64,000 nucleotides of DNA from Geosiphon pyriformis uo1 (taxonomy: Eukaryota > Fungi > Glomeromycota), in NCBI GenBank assembly GCA_016748015.1, contig JAAOMT010000219.1, positions 43,066 to 107,065 on the forward strand, read 5' to 3'. Shown here piece by piece: positions 12,401 through 26,809 of the stretch (position 1 is the first letter of the stretch; every line of letters starts with the position of its first letter). A program made the position numbers and the translations under genes. The notes beneath the pieces are model-generated. The model saw only the letters and a list, made by a program, of their open reading frames with translations, had not been told where the DNA came from and did not search any database.

Positions 12401-14096
12401 CTCAAGCCTCCTTCCAAGGCCCAGGAACAGATTTATGCTTCAAGCAAATATTCAAAAACACTAAAAGCATATCCAAAACTGATTTGTCGCAATGTTTCCA
12501 TAACTCATTCGAGATACCAGAGAGACCAGCTGCTTTCCCATCAGGCAGGTTCGAAATGACACTAGACATCTCATCAAAATCAATTAGGCTCATTACACCA
12601 GAAAAAGCATCATCAAAAACATACTCTAAAGGCTGATATTGGCAATCCCAGACACCAGTAACATCAGAAACAACATTGTGCTTCCTAGTCCATCCCTCCA
12701 TGACTGTATCTACTTTGGCCTTAACCAGAGCAGGCTCTAAAACCAACTCATTATCAACAACCAGATAATCCAAAGTTATTTTGCGAAAAGAACGTTCCAA
12801 TACACTCCTAATAGTATGACTTTTGTCCAATTCAAAACTTTCCATTCTTTTATCTATCGCTGATCTGATTTGAGATTCCCTAACTTGTTTTGCTTCCGAC
12901 ATTTTGGATGCACGATAAGACTTTTTGACCTTAGACAAAACTAACCGAATAGCATTGAAGTGAGAACCTGATAGAAAGAGAAACTTCATTGCAAAAGCAT
13001 TGACTGAATTCAAACCTTCCCACCTGTCGAGCAAGGATGTAAACTCCTCAGCAGAATCCATATGAGATGCCTTAACTAACTTAGACACCAAGAGCTCCAG
13101 CTTGTGAAATTTGGACAAATCCTTGCTAAAATTTTTATCATATCTTTTAAACCACTTTTTCTTGAAAACTGTCTCAGCAGACAGACACATTACTCTACGG
13201 AGAGCAACCCACATCAAATCCAAGTCTGAGTGGATTCTGGTTGCAAGAAAATCATCATGAAACATAGCAGCATTTGCCGCTGTATCTACTTTAAATTTGG
13301 CCCATTTAACATCATCCGCACCTTTGCAATCGTACTTCCAGCGATCTCTATTTGCTTGCTTGCAAACAGAATTCAACTGAACATCGAGCAAACCACCCAA
13401 ACCCACTAACACTGAGACAGCCTGATGATCAGTATTAAAGTATTCCCCAATGCCAAATACGTTGCGACCCACTACTGCATTGACCAGATTTGAAGAAACG
13501 AACATAAAATCAATTGTCTTAGCAACGCCCTGAGAATTGGACCAAGTCGGCAGTTTCCCACAGGAGCTCCCACCCAAGGCATTAACCAGACCCAAATCCA
13601 GACATTTTTTAAAACTCGCACACTTGTGAGAACCATCTTCATTGAAATCGCCACCAAGAACAATGAAAGAAGATTCATTAACAGCTTTTGCAATGAGAGA
13701 GTTGACTTCACCAGTCTGAGAGAACCAAATTGCTAAGGAAGCACCAGCATACAGACCCAGAATAGACACCAAAAGTTTATTTTTGAAAAGTAACTTAATA
13801 GACAAGAGCCGACCAGGCATCTCTGACACCTTGCACACATGTCTTGCCAAAGAAGAATTCATGACGACTGCAACACCAGCACCCAGATATCCAGATTCCA
13901 AACCAGAGGTAAACACCCACACACCATCATATTTGTTGACTATCCAGAGGCAAATTTTCCCTTTTAACTTTGATTCTGTAAAAATAGAAACTAAATTGTT
14001 CTTCTCCATATGCCAACAAATAATATCGTCCTGTTTTGCAAGATTGTTCATACCTCTGATGTTGCAAGTAGCAATATTCCAAACCAGACTGTTCAT
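9408..14096 (-). pseudogene. LINE copy 1 ORF2 (APE endonuclease, reverse transcriptase, RNase H, C-terminal zinc finger), interrupted by in-frame stops
   Basis: APE motifs TCNIRG, ESKL, LGGDFN, IDFMFVS, TDHQAV. RT motifs DMRKAYDSV, QGEVFFPLLW, FVND(D>N)T. RNase H motifs FTDGS, GNERVDTLA. Zinc finger CLFCG..SDHVFSC. Confidence 0.92.
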
Positions 14097-15874
14097 TAAG
14101 AAAAAAAGAAATTTGAACCCACCCCAAAACTGTCCACTTTGGCTGAAAGTCCCAGAACTGTTTCCATTAGACACTTCATGTTATCTTCCAATCTGGACAC
14201 CAAAGATACATCAAAAGACACCGCTTCCACAACAATCTTACCACTAGTGGCTGCACTTGAACCCTCACTCATCACTATATCCGCCTCTTGATTTTGTGAT
14301 GAAGGGATCACCAACAGCTGACATCCAGGACTTGGCTGGGAAACCATTGGCTCAAGTGCATCCAACTTCTTAGCCAGCTTACCCACCTGCTCCGTGAGGC
14401 TGGCGAGACTGCGCTCAAGAGCAGCAAACTTATTATTGACTATTATCGAAACCAGCAGGGACAGCACCATCCCCAAAGAGGAACCAGATTTCACTGAAGC
14501 ATTTCGTCCAGAGAGAGGAGGAAAAGAAGACCCACTAGCAACTTTTGCCCAAGAGAGACCACTAAAAGAGACTGGACGAGCAATTGGAGCTGATTGCTTG
14601 GCATAGATGGCTGCCAATCTGCTTTTATCTGGGTCTGACAGGACTCTATGCAAAGACAAACCTGAAGAAACCCTCCCACTAATCGCACAGTCCAATGATA
14701 TATGGCCTGATTTCTCACACTTGGCCAGAACAAAACAAGACCAGTGTAGATTGGCGCTCCTCAACACTGGCATGGTTCTCACGATGGCATTTAATGATTC
14801 AGCAAAATCAAAACAGATGACAGCACACCTAGCTTTAGCATACGTAACCGGATAACGATCAATAACACACATCTTCTCACCCACAGAACCAATAAAATCC
14901 CAGATGTTATGAGCAGTCATTCCCATTGGCAGAGTATAGAGCAGCGCCCTATGCTGGTCCTTTGTGTCCCATGATTTTTTGTCCAAATCTGATCTAGCCA
15001 CCCACACAGCATCCTTCTTGATTAAGATAGACCACTTTGTCGTGACCAAATTGGCATGATCTAATTGCTCAAATTCTACCACAGCCTTCTGCCACAGTCC
15101 CACCAATTACATCTTGATCGACTTAATTATCCCAAACTCAGAGAGTGCAACACGCACAGCCTCAGCTGATGTTTCAACTGGAATTTTCTTTAACACCACA
15201 GCCCAATCTGAGTGACCAGCTGATCTCTTAAAATTGGTGTTTACCACGATATTTGCACCAGTAGCTTTTTCAGTGGCTTTCATTAGACTCGATTTGGAAG
15301 TAAATGTTACTTTGATGATCCCTGAGAACTTTGAGGGGGTAGATGCCCCCCCAAAACCATTGATTCCTGAAAATAAACTCCTAATCTTTTTGAGCTTTTC
15401 CTGGGCCGAATTTCCTTCTACCACTTTCAGATCTAAATCCAAAGCAAATGACTTTCTAACAGAAACATTGACCAGGTTCTTAAGAGAAGGGGGAAGCACT
15501 AGACGGGCATCCAGAAGAACATCATCATTATCATCGACATCCAGGAAATTGATTTTTCCCAAAGGCTTTCCCAATGCTTTCCTAGTTATCACCCGCAAAC
15601 CTTTCGGCATTTGATCCAAATCTCCACCAATGAGCGCACCACCTTCACCACAATCAAAACTTGTTTCCTCTACAAGACACTCCTCTTCCATATCAACACT
15701 GTCAGATTCAGTAGTGTTACTCACCTCAAAACCCTATGAACAATTACCAAGAGCTTTATCAGCAACCTCTCTATTATCAACACTCTCTGCCAATACACCA
15801 CCCTTTTTCTTCTTCCTTGACATGACTGTCTTAAAACCATCCTCAGAACCAGAAACTTTGGTAGCCTTCTTCAT
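14096..15874 (-). pseudogene. LINE copy 1 ORF1 (RRM-like regions, degenerate CxxxGHxxxxC knuckle, coiled coil)
   Basis: In-frame ORF pieces 15107-15724 and 14096-15106 are separated by single stops. KCEKSGHISLDC and a coiled-coil-like segment FAALERSLASLTEQVGKLAKKL are present. Confidence 0.8.
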
Positions 15875-16029
15875 AACAGCAATAACAGAACCAACAGTAG
15901 TCTCGTAATTGAAAAATGGTTTTGATTTATTGTATTGAATGGTAAAAAAACTTTTTTCGAAAAAACTTTAGACTCTTTTTTGGGAATTTTGGATGAAGGA
16001 GAGAAAGAAGTTTTTTTTTTATTGATAAA

Positions 16030-17590
16030 CTTTATAAGATACTAAAAAAAAGATATTAATTATAGTTTTTTTATTTTTTGTTCTGGTTATGGTTATAAAA
16101 TTAAAGAAACAAAGAGTTGTTTTTTTTAAAATTAAATTGGCTTTTATTTTATTTGCTGTTTGGTTTTATTGAACTTAAATTTGTTTTAAAAAACAATATT
16201 AAATTGTTTTATATAGATTTTACTTTTAAGTTTTTTTAATTGTTGTTATCAAAGTTATAATTAATATTTTTTTTTAATTATACTTAAAATTACAAAATCT
16301 TTTGTAATAACTTTTAGTTTTTTTTTATTTATTTTTATTGTATTTTATAATGTTTTTTTTTAACACATCTTCAAATAATATTAAAAATATTTTTAATGTT
16401 TTTGGTATTATTATTTTAGTTAAGTTAAAATTTATTAGTTTGTAATAATATACTATTGTTTATTTTAAAAAAAATTTTATTGTTGTTGTTTTTTATAATT
16501 GGTCTGTATTAATTAACAAAAATAATATTAAAATTTATTTTATGTTTAATTAAAAAGAAATTATTGTTTTAAAAACATTTTTAAAACTAAATTAATCAAT
16601 TTTTTCTTGGCTATATTATTTTTAAAATTAATGATTTGATTTTTTAAGTTAATAATTATATTTGTTTATTTTTTATTTTTTTAATTCTTATTATTATTAA
16701 TATTTTGTTGTTATAATATTTGACTTTCTTAAATTTTTGAATTTTACTATTATAAAAACTAATATTTTATATAAATATTATATTTGATAAAAAACTTTTA
16801 AATATTATTGTTATTACAGATATAAAAATCTGAATTATTTGTCTATAATTGTAAAATAATTTCATTTTTTTTTAAGTTATATATTAAGTTTGTTGTTAGT
16901 TCTAAGTTTTTTGTATTATTTTTTATTAATAAAAAATTTTATGTTAAAATCTTTGTTTTTTTAGCTTTTTATTTTACTGTTTTTTGGCTGCTTCTTGTAA
17001 ATTTAAAAGTTAAATTTTTATTGAATTTTTTGAAATCTTAAATTTTAGATTTGGTTTTTTTGATTAAGTCTGTTATTAAACTAATTGGTTTATTAATTAT
17101 ATTAATTATTACTCTTTTAAATATTTTTTTGTTGTATATATAAAGCTTAAAGATATAGTTATAATTATTTAAAATAAAATATCTATTTTTGGTAAAACTT
17201 TAAGCAAATTTAGTGTTAAAATAATTAAAATTAAAGTTAAATATAAAATTAAAATTAATTTAATAAATAATATAAACTATTTATTAAATAAAAATACTTA
17301 TTTTTAATTAATAATTCTTAAAAAGCATTGATTTTTTAAGATTAAGCAAAATTCAGATAAGATTACTAAATAATTAAGTAATTTGATTATAAATAATAGT
17401 TTTTTGTTTGTAATTATATATAAAATAACTTTTTAAAATAAAATTTTATTAAATTTAATATAATTTAATTTAAACTAAGCTTATATCTAATTATATGTAG
17501 AAAATATGTAAATTATATTTAATTTAAGATATTTAAATTGTTGTATTATATTAAGTTTTAATTAAACTTATATATTAAATAATAAAAAAT
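16030..17590 (+). pseudogene. Very degenerate LINE relics: second-family ORF1 (about 16030-17150) and a LINE 3' UTR/poly(A) (about 17485-17590)
   Basis: 16170-16230 resembles the reverse complement of 8480-8540. 17485-17590 is a C>T/G>A-converted version of the copy 1 3' UTR (tcacgtgtagaaaa > ttatatgtagaaaa). Confidence 0.5.
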
Positions 17591-17735
17591 TTAATATAAA
17601 TATTAAATCAAATAAAAACAAAATTATTTATTTTTTAAAATATATTTATTTAAAAATTTTGTTTTTATTTTTAAAAGATTTAACAATTTTTAAATATTAA
17701 TTTTTATTTAATACAATAAAAATATTAAAAAAAAA

Positions 17736-20700
17736 TCTTTCTTTTGTCGATCTCCTGACCATGATGAGAGTGAAATTTTATTGAAGTTTTAATTAGTCTT
17801 TTTTCTTTTTCTTTTTGTTTCTTTTCTAATTATTTCTTCTAACTTTTCTCTTTTTGTTGCTATGAATCCAGTAGGTGTTTTTGCTAGTGGTTCTGATACT
17901 GGTTTGGCTGGATTAAAGATCTGGTCAAGTGGCAAGAAAAAAGCTCATGTGAATAGTGTGTACTCTTATAGTCTATCATTTAAAAAGCCAAAGATGTCTG
18001 TAGCTGGTAATGTGATTAATTTATCTGTTGGCTTTTTAAGCTTGGAAGATATTGGTAATGCTAGTGTTAAGCCTGTAATGTCCTAAAGAAGTGAAGTTGG
18101 CAGCATTTCTAATAGTATAAGCAGTTTTTTGGATGTTAAAAATATGGAAAACATAGTCACTGAAAAAACCAGTTACACAGAATCTGGTGAAGATAATAAT
18201 ATGGATAAAGCAATGCTGAAAAAGACTCACACATAAACATATATGCTGAACAACCCACCAAAGCAATCTTTATTCGAATATATGAGTAGCAATGATGTTG
18301 TGCTGGATTTTTTTTCTTGTGTAGTTATTGGGCCCAATTAATTGCCACTACTTAAGTTATGTGCCTTGGGGAAACAGAGCTTCAATTTGACAAAATTTTT
18401 TACACTTAATATTAAGATTTTAGCTGTACTTAGAAAGACTATTATTGACAAGTTAATGACTGTAAAAAAAAATTTTTATTGTGTTGATGAGTTTGAAAGA
18501 GCTTTAACTTTCTCAAAATTCTTAGAAATCATTAAATCTTTATTTACTTCTAAAATAAGTTTGAAAAAGGCAAAAAAATTGGCTGTCAATAAGAAAATTT
18601 TAGTCAATGATGATGTTAGACAGATAAACAAATACACAAATCGAAAAATTGTTGTGAAAAAGATTCCAGTGGATTTTTTTAAATCAGTTGTGGAATCTGT
18701 TTTTTCTAAATTTGACAAGATTGTTTCAATCAAGATACAACTGATTGGCCTTTGGCAAAAAACCCTAATAGGTTTAAGTTATCAGATGTAGCTAGTTTGG
18801 TTGCTTTCAAATGATTAGTGTTCATGGGAAAAAATTTGGTGCATGTAGTTTTGGCTGTCAGTGATAAAAAATCATGGGTAACAAGAGATTATCATCGGGC
18901 TCTGTTGTATACTCTCCCAGTTAGAACCACAGCTTATGACTTATCTGATTTCTTGGGCTCATATAATAGAAAAACTTGTTTCATTGGCTATAATTCAGTT
19001 ATATATGTTTGCAATAGATATGCAGTGATTTGTTTTGACAACAAAGAATTAAAAAACAATGTTATTGGTTCTTTGCCAGTTTTTAAAGGTGCAAATTTGA
19101 GATGGGCTGGTTTTTTTCTGGCCTGTTATGCTAAATGTAACCAATTTGATCATGTTTCTAATGATTGTTCTATGGGTAAAAATTTTGGTGCTCATGAGAA
19201 ACAAGTGGTGATCTCTCAAGATTAGGTCTGCTTGGCCAGTATATATAGGAAAAAACAAGCATTTATTGCTCACCTAGTCTCTTTTGGTAGTAAAACTTGG
19301 GTGCAGGTTGTTAGTAATTCTCTTTTCCATATTGTTTCTTCAGCTTCATTAAGTATTAAAGTGGTTTTGGGAGTGGAACCCCTTCACACTATTTCTGCTC
19401 TCTATAGTGTTTCTAGTTTTAATGATTATTTGGTCTTTTTGGAGTGCTCTCTGGAGCTTTTGGCAGACCAGGTTTCTGGCATCTTGAAAAAATTGAGCTT
19501 TATTAAATTGGTGCCCTTGCTGTTTACTTCTCAGATGTCTTTCCTGGTTGCTTTTGTTTTTTTGGCATCTAATTTGAATTCAAACATAGCTTTAGATGAT
19601 GTGTTGGCACTGCTCACCCTTTCTCTCCTTATTGTTAATTATGTAATCTCTGATTTCAGCTCCAGCAGTTTGAAGATTCTAACCACCAAAGTGTGTGATT
19701 TGGAGTCAAAGATAGTGGCTCTGAAAGTGTCAATTCATTCAGTGCTGGCTAGGTTAGATTATTTAGGCTCTGGTTTAAATTTTTTATCCCTCTCTTCTTC
19801 TTAATGAGTAGTCTGACTTGGAGGTTTGGTATATGCAACATTTGGGATATTAATGTTTCTGCTAAGCAAGAAGATGTTGTTTTGTGGTATTTGAGCTTAA
19901 ATAATATAGTGTCTTTTGTTACAAAAACTAAGTTGCATTCTAGTGTCAAACCTTGGATTGCCAATAAATTTGATGGTATATAAATATTTACATCTGGCCT
20001 AGAAAAAAGCTATCTTGGTGCTAGTGTGGCTGTTATTGTGAACAATTCTTTGGTTTGTTATGTTTTTAAGATAGAAAAGGTTTTAGGAAGAATTATTTCA
20101 GTACGGCTTCTGTTTAAAGACAAGTTTTCAGTTACTGTCTTGGGTTTGTATGCTGGTGCTTTGGCTGAGATTAGATTTGGTTAGGCTTCGGAAATGAACT
20201 CTTTCATTGTAAAGACCATTAACTTTAGCACTTTTGTGGTTTTGGGTGGTGATTTTAATGAAAATAGATTTGAAAGGAGTGCAAGTTTCAAGTTTTGTTT
20301 AGATTTGGGCTTGATCAATTCTTTTGTGGGCCATTCTTTGGTTAAAGCTGCTATATAGAACAATTTGAGAGAGGTCAAAAAGACTATTGACTACATTTTT
20401 GTTAGTAAAAACTTGGCTTTAACAGTTGCAAGTTATGTGATTGGCTCTGTTTCTAACTTTTTTAATACTGATTACAAGACTGTTATAGTGTCTATTGATT
20501 TAGGTGGCCTCTTAGATGGTCATTTAAATAGCTTATGCAAACAGGCAAATAAGAATTATTGAAAGTTTAATATTAAGGATGTAAATAATACCAAGTAGGC
20601 TAAATTTGAGATTTATGTGGTTTTTAAGCTTTTATTGATAAAAGACAAACTTACTAATGCTAAGACATGTGGTAATGTAGATGTTATGTAGATAATTTTG

Positions 20701-23700
20701 AAGAAGATGATGGTAAAATTAGCTAAGAAAATGTTTTTGAAGCATTGGTTCAGTGAGTTTTAGTGTTTGAGGAACAAACATTCTTTCAGGTTTTTTGGGT
20801 TGGAGATATTAACTGCCAAAATTGTTAGGAAATTTAATTCTGGTGATACTGTTGAGATTGCTCATCTTATAAAAACTTGATCAACCTTGAATGAAGCTAA
20901 AGCCTGCACTTTTACTGACTTAATTCTTTTGAATAACCATTCTGTGTCTATTCTTAAACATTTGTCCTTGGTTTGTAAGAATTATAGAAAGTCTAAAATG
21001 CATGAATCAAGATTGGCTAAGGAAGCATCTATTAGAAAAGCGATTGAGAAATGAATGGAGAAGTTTTGTTCTAATAAAGATAACATAATCAGAAGTGTTT
21101 TAGACTGACCCTTTTACAAGATGGTGCTTGATTACTTGGTAGTGGATGATGAGCTAGTTGTGGAGCTAATTGAGGTTAAATTTAATATGGATAAATTATG
21201 GAGAGTTAGATAAGAAAGCGAATAGTGCTTCTGGCTTTGTCCAATCTCTGGGTTCATCAGTATACACTTTTGGATTATGTGAGGAATGATATTTTTTCTG
21301 GTGTAATATATTCTATCAGCTTAAGCAAATTGCTTTTGGTTATTAATGGCTTACCTAATAAAAAGACTGTAGACTTGTTTGGCATTTCTAATGAACTGTA
21401 AAAGCATAGTGGTAATACAGGAGTAGGTTGTTTGTTGAGGCTGCTGAATGTGTGCTTGGATGTAAGTAGTGTGTCTGTTCTATAAAGAAGAGCATAAGTA
21501 TTAATAATTCCAAAATCCTATGATTAGAATGGAGTTTTTATAAACATTTACCCTATTGCCTTGATTAAGACTTCAAAAAAAATTCTTTCTAAGGTTTTAT
21601 CTGACCATATTTTGTTTGCCTGCAGTAAATTTGGCATCCTCCACAGTAATAACTTTTTAGTGCTGAGAAACACTTCCACACAGTTCCTGGTGTTTGCTGT
21701 TGAGTCTGTTATTAAAAATATTCTTAAGAAAAATAGGGAAATTTGGTTGGTTTTACAAGATATGTGAAAGACTTATGATCCTGTTGATTGGCACCATTTA
21801 AGAGCTAACTTGCTACAGATCAAAATGTGTGATAGGTTTATAAAATTTTTTGGTAGTATACATAAGGATAGAATTAATAAAATTATGACTGATTTTGGTC
21901 TGTCTGATGGCTATAGAGTGTGTGATAGATTGAATTAAGATGAAGTTTTTTTATCTCTTCTCTAAAAAATCTTTTATGATCCACTTTTGTGCAAGATTAA
22001 GAGACATAAGCATTTGTGTGGGTATCAGATTGATATTAAGTTTGCCTTAAAAACAGGTAGAATTGAGAATAGTGGTGGGATGACATCTCATTTTGCAGCT
22101 GGTATATTTATTGATGACACAATTTGGGTTGGAAGCTGCCAGGCTTCAACTTAATATGCTTTGAACATTGTCAGCAAATTTTTTAATATCAATGATATTT
22201 TTATTAACAATAATAAAATGGTCACTATTTCCATTAATCAAGATGTTAATATTGCTTCTTTGAGTATTTGTGATCAGCCGATTACAATTGCCAAAAAGGA
22301 CAAAGTGCATTATTATCTATAAATTTTTTTGTTTATTAAGAGACTGTTCAGGTTAAGTGTTACCAAAGCTTATTCTGATGTTTACTTCTTTGTTAATATT
22401 GTGCTGAGAAAAGCTATTACAGATAAGCAGTTCTCATATTTGGTGTCAATTGTCTTGTAGTCTATCATCAGCTATCAAACTCAATTCAGTTTTGTTTTAT
22501 TGAATGTTTGTCACAAGTGAAATATCATGATTAGAAAAGGGCTCAAACTTAAGATATGCCTCCCCTGTGACTTTTTCGATGTAACTTTGTATCACTCTTC
22601 ATTGTATGATCTAAAAATCTTCAAGCAGATTTAGTCTGAGAGTAAATTAGCTGCTATGATCTCTTTTTCTAATGCATTGGGCATTCTTGGGCACTTGTTT
22701 AATCATAGATTTTTAAATATACAGGTTATGAGCTGGGCTTTTCTGAATCCCTTGCAGTTCTCTGTTAGATTATGTATTAGTTTTGTAAGCAATTTTTTGG
22801 CTGGTGCGGTAAAAATTTTTTTATACAATGGCCTGTCTTTGGCAAATAATCTGCTTAATGTTTTTCATGATCCTGGTGTTTTTTCTATGTCACTGGTATT
22901 GGGAAACACTTTTTATTTCAGTTTTGTGTGTTTTTTGAAGTGTTTTGGTGTTGAATTTGGTAATAGACTACTGGATAAGAAGAGGCATATAATGGATTAA
23001 AAAACTTTTTGTTGGTGAAAAAGGCTTGATCTAAGGGGATCTGTTTCTTCCTGGTTTAAACAAATATCTCAATTTTTGTGTAATGGTAGTGTTTTGTCAT
23101 CTGATTTTGCAAAAACTGGCTGGCTTTTTAATTTGAGCATTTTGAATTTTCAGAAATTTTCTGTTGTATGGAGTAGTTTACATGAGATTTGATCTGGTTC
23201 ATTTGATGTTTTTACAGATAGTTCATTGAAAAATTTTGGCTCAGCTGATATCACCAGTGGTGCAGCTGTGTACTTTTCTGCTGTGGATTTTAGTCTTGAA
23301 GTTGGAGTTTAGGGATTGTTGTCTTCTACTTTGGCCAAGTTGCAGGCCATTGTTTTGGTGCTAGAATGCATCCCATCTTCTTGTACAGTGGCATTGCATA
23401 TTGACAATTAAGCTGCTATTGATGCTTGTGTGTCTGAGATGTTTTCTGCTGTGTCTGACTTCTATGCTCTATGCTGGATAGAAAAGTGTTACATTTTTAA
23501 TTTGATTCATGAAAAAGACATTAGTGTAAAATAGATAAAGATTAAAGATTATTTTGGGATTTGTGGCAATGTAAAGACTGATGCTGCTGGTAATACTATG
23601 TGCTTTTGGTTTTCCTTGTCAGTAGGGATGCAAAAATGTTTTTTGGTGGCTAAGAATATGGTTGTGTTTGACAATATCTGGCATTTTGTTCAAAATTTGT

Positions 23701-24491
23701 ACAGGTTTGTTTGTTGTGTTTATTGAGAAGTCAGACTTGATCATAATGTTATTTCAAATAAGTTAATTGGAAGTGTTGACTGAAAAGCCATCTTAAGAGT
23801 ATGGCACCCTAACTTGTATATGCTTACTGGGTCTACTAATTGAAAGTTTTCTGTTCTACATTCATATTTGATGAAAGCTGTGCACTGATAGCTTTCAGTA
23901 GTAATTAGGAAAAAATTATATGATAAAAGTTATTTTGGTGTACTGTGTTTATTGTGTGATGAAGTGGAGCTATCTGATTATGTCTTTATATGCACTTTGA
24001 ATGTTGGTGTTCGGGAAGAGATTCTGGTTGAGACTTCTGCTTTATAAGTTTCTTTAATGGAGACTAATACTTTGTTTTCTTTTGCAGTTTTGCAGTTCTT
24101 TGGTTTTTGCTCTTTAAATGTTAGTTTATATTTGGTTATATATAAGAAGTTTATTATAAAAGATTGGTGTATGAAAGCTGTTGGGATTTTTAATGATAGA
24201 AAGGAAGCTATAGGTGTTGTTGTTGAGTATGTGAGGCATTTTGTTGAGTTATATTGTTCTAGAATCTGACTGGTAAAATCTAAACATAGGGTGGACATGA
24301 AAAGAGCTGGCTTGGTCAGGAATAGTGGGTTGGTATTAGATTTGTTATGTTGTATAGTACATGTGTTATCAAATAGTGTGGTTAAAATACTTGGCATTGC
24401 CAAATCTTTAGGTGTTAGTTTTGGCCATCATAAATCTTGTCTTTTCTTTTCTGGGTTGAATTTCATTCATTAAATATATAAAAAAAAAAAA
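17736..24491 (+). mobile_element. LINE copy 2 (ORF1 about 17862-19804, ORF2 19804-24473), more degraded, with poly(A) tail
   Basis: Collinear with copy 1 along its length (RALLYTLP, GGDFNE, TIDYIFVS, WLVLQDM, FIDDTIW, FTD(G>S)S, CLLCDEVE). Many TGG>TGA/TAG and CAA>TAA stops. A-run 24480-24491. Confidence 0.9.
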
Positions 24492-26809
24492 TATATTAAA
24501 AAAAACTTCTTTTTCTTTTTCATTCCAAATTTCCTAAAAAGAGTCAAATATTTTGAGAGAAGTTTTTTTCTGTTTTTTATTGCTTTATATCTTAATATTT
24601 TACAAGAATTAAATTTTTTTGTTGTTAAACTGACAGTTACTATGAATAATTTTGGTGCTAAAAAAAAGTCAACTAGAGTTTTGGCTTCTGATTCAATCAG
24701 TAAAAACTTGTTTTAAAAGCAGAAAGCTTTTTTTAATAATGTAAAACATTTAAGTGATGAGATAAATTTGAGTTTTGGTAAGTCTGGTTATATTATTGGT
24801 CAGTTTACTAGTATAGATTTAAATGTGAATACTTATTTGATGGTTTTTTTTGTAAATACTGGCTATAATACAGACAGTAAAGATAAAGAAAAGTTAGAAT
24901 CAAAAATGACCATTTCTAAAGCTAAGTAGTTTAATGCTAATACTGTAGTTGGCTTCTCAATTGGGTTTCTTACATATAACATGAATAATAATAATAAGAT
25001 TTTTTTTTCTCCTTGTTTTTTTATTTTCTTAAACAGAAAATGAGTTGATTCTAAGATTGTTAAGACTCAGGTAGAAGTATTAGTTAAAAAGTTCTTTGTT
25101 TTGAACATTAATTTTTCAACAGTAAAAGACAAATCTACAACAGCAAAAACTCAGTATATTGAAAAAAATTTTCAATAATTAATGGTTTTGAAGAGGCCAT
25201 TACTTTCTTAAAATTTAAGAAGATTATTAGATTAACATTTATATCAGAGGAAAACATGAATAAGGCCACTTTATTGGCTAATAAAAAAACATCAAGATAA
25301 ACAATAATCTCAAAAAACAAAGAGTTTGTTCAAATTGGACTGTAATAATTAAGAAAATTTTTATAAATACATTAAAAAAATTGATCATTATTGCAATTAT
25401 TGAGTATGGTTAAATTATGTTGATTAAATTACAATTAATTAGAATGTGGCAGAAAGCTGTAGTAAAGTTTGCTAATTTGAGCCAGACAGATTAGTTGATC
25501 TTAAAATGGTTATTTTTAATCAAAAAAAATTTGATGCATGTAGCCAAAACTGAGAAATCATAGAATTTGGACATCTAAAAATTGGTTTAGAGTGCTTTTG
25601 TTTATCTTGTCTATAAGTATAACAGTTTATAATCTGAACACTCTATTAAAAGAAACTAATAGAAAAACTTGTGTTATTAATTATTTACTTAAGACTGGTA
25701 ACTGAGTTTGCTGTACTGTGGTTAATTTCAAATTAGATAAGAAACTAAAGTCTACTTTTTATATAGAGCCAATTTTTGGTAATGTAAAACTCTTATGAGC
25801 TAGAATAAATTTGGTTTAGTGTAAAAAGTGTGTAAGATTTGGATATTTTGTTTTAGAGTGTAATATAACAGATACATCTATTCTTAAGCTTTTAAAGTCA
25901 TTTAAAAAAATCATTTTAGATACAAATTATTTTTAACTGGCCAAGTTGTATACAAAAAAAAGTGTTTCTATTTTTTATTCTGCTGCCTTTGGTGACAAAT
26001 TTTGGGCCCAAGTGGCTTTGCTTATTGCATTTTCTGAAAATATTCACTTTAGTTCTGGTCTTGGCTCTCCTTCTTCTAATATATTATACAGTAAAAATAG
26101 TATACTTGTTGTTCAAATTGATTTATTCATTGGTGCTTGTTTGGCTTTTTGGAATATTCTTTGGAACTGTTGACTAATTAAATATATAATATTATGTAGA
26201 AATTAAGCATTATAAATTTGGTGTTTCTGGTGTCTGTTTTTTAATCTCTTCCTTCTACTATGTCTGTTTTTTGAAGTCAAATTTGGATTTTAATATGGTT
26301 TTAAATGACCTATTTATGTTACTTGTCTTTTCTTTTTTAGCTACAAGTAATATAATTTCAGATTTGAATGTAAGTAGATCTAAGATTTTAACCACCAAAA
26401 TGGGTAAATTGGAATCTAAAATAGTGACTTTTGAAGTTTTTATTAGTACAGCTTTAGTGAGATTAAATTAATTGTGTTAGCTTAAGTTTTTTGGTGTTTT
26501 CTTTTTCTTAATGAGTAATTTGGTATGAAAATTTGCCATATGTAATGTTTGGAGTATTAATGTTTCTGCTAAGCAAGAAAATATTGTTTGTTGGCATATA
26601 AAATCAGAGAATATAGTTTTTTTATATGGTGCAAACCATTTATAATCATTAAAAATGTAGATCAGTCCGAAATTTTAAATGATGATCTTCATATGTTTTT
26701 ATTTATATAATTAAATTTTATTGGTTAATATACATGTGTTTTTAATATATTATTTATAATAAAAAATAAAATTTTATTAAATTTTATATAATAAAAACCA
26801 AATACAGTA

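Larger units (their letters stand above)
9271..16010 (-). mobile_element. Near full-length non-LTR retrotransposon (LINE copy 1; APE-RT-RNase H-CCHC), least degraded copy, with poly(A) tail and imperfect TSD
   Basis: T-run 9271-9289 is the poly(A) tail. The 5' end CTTCTTT matches that of copy 3 (24506). Both flanks contain ttttta...aaactttata (9251-9270 and 16016-16036). Confidence 0.92.

Noticed and set aside
9584-15908. Numerous antisense and alternative-frame ORFs over LINE copy 1 (e.g. 13783-14247, 10567-10983, 15234-15614)
   Set aside because: These are shadows of the strand-biased LINE coding sequence, with no recognisable motifs and no evident conservation in copies 2 and 3.
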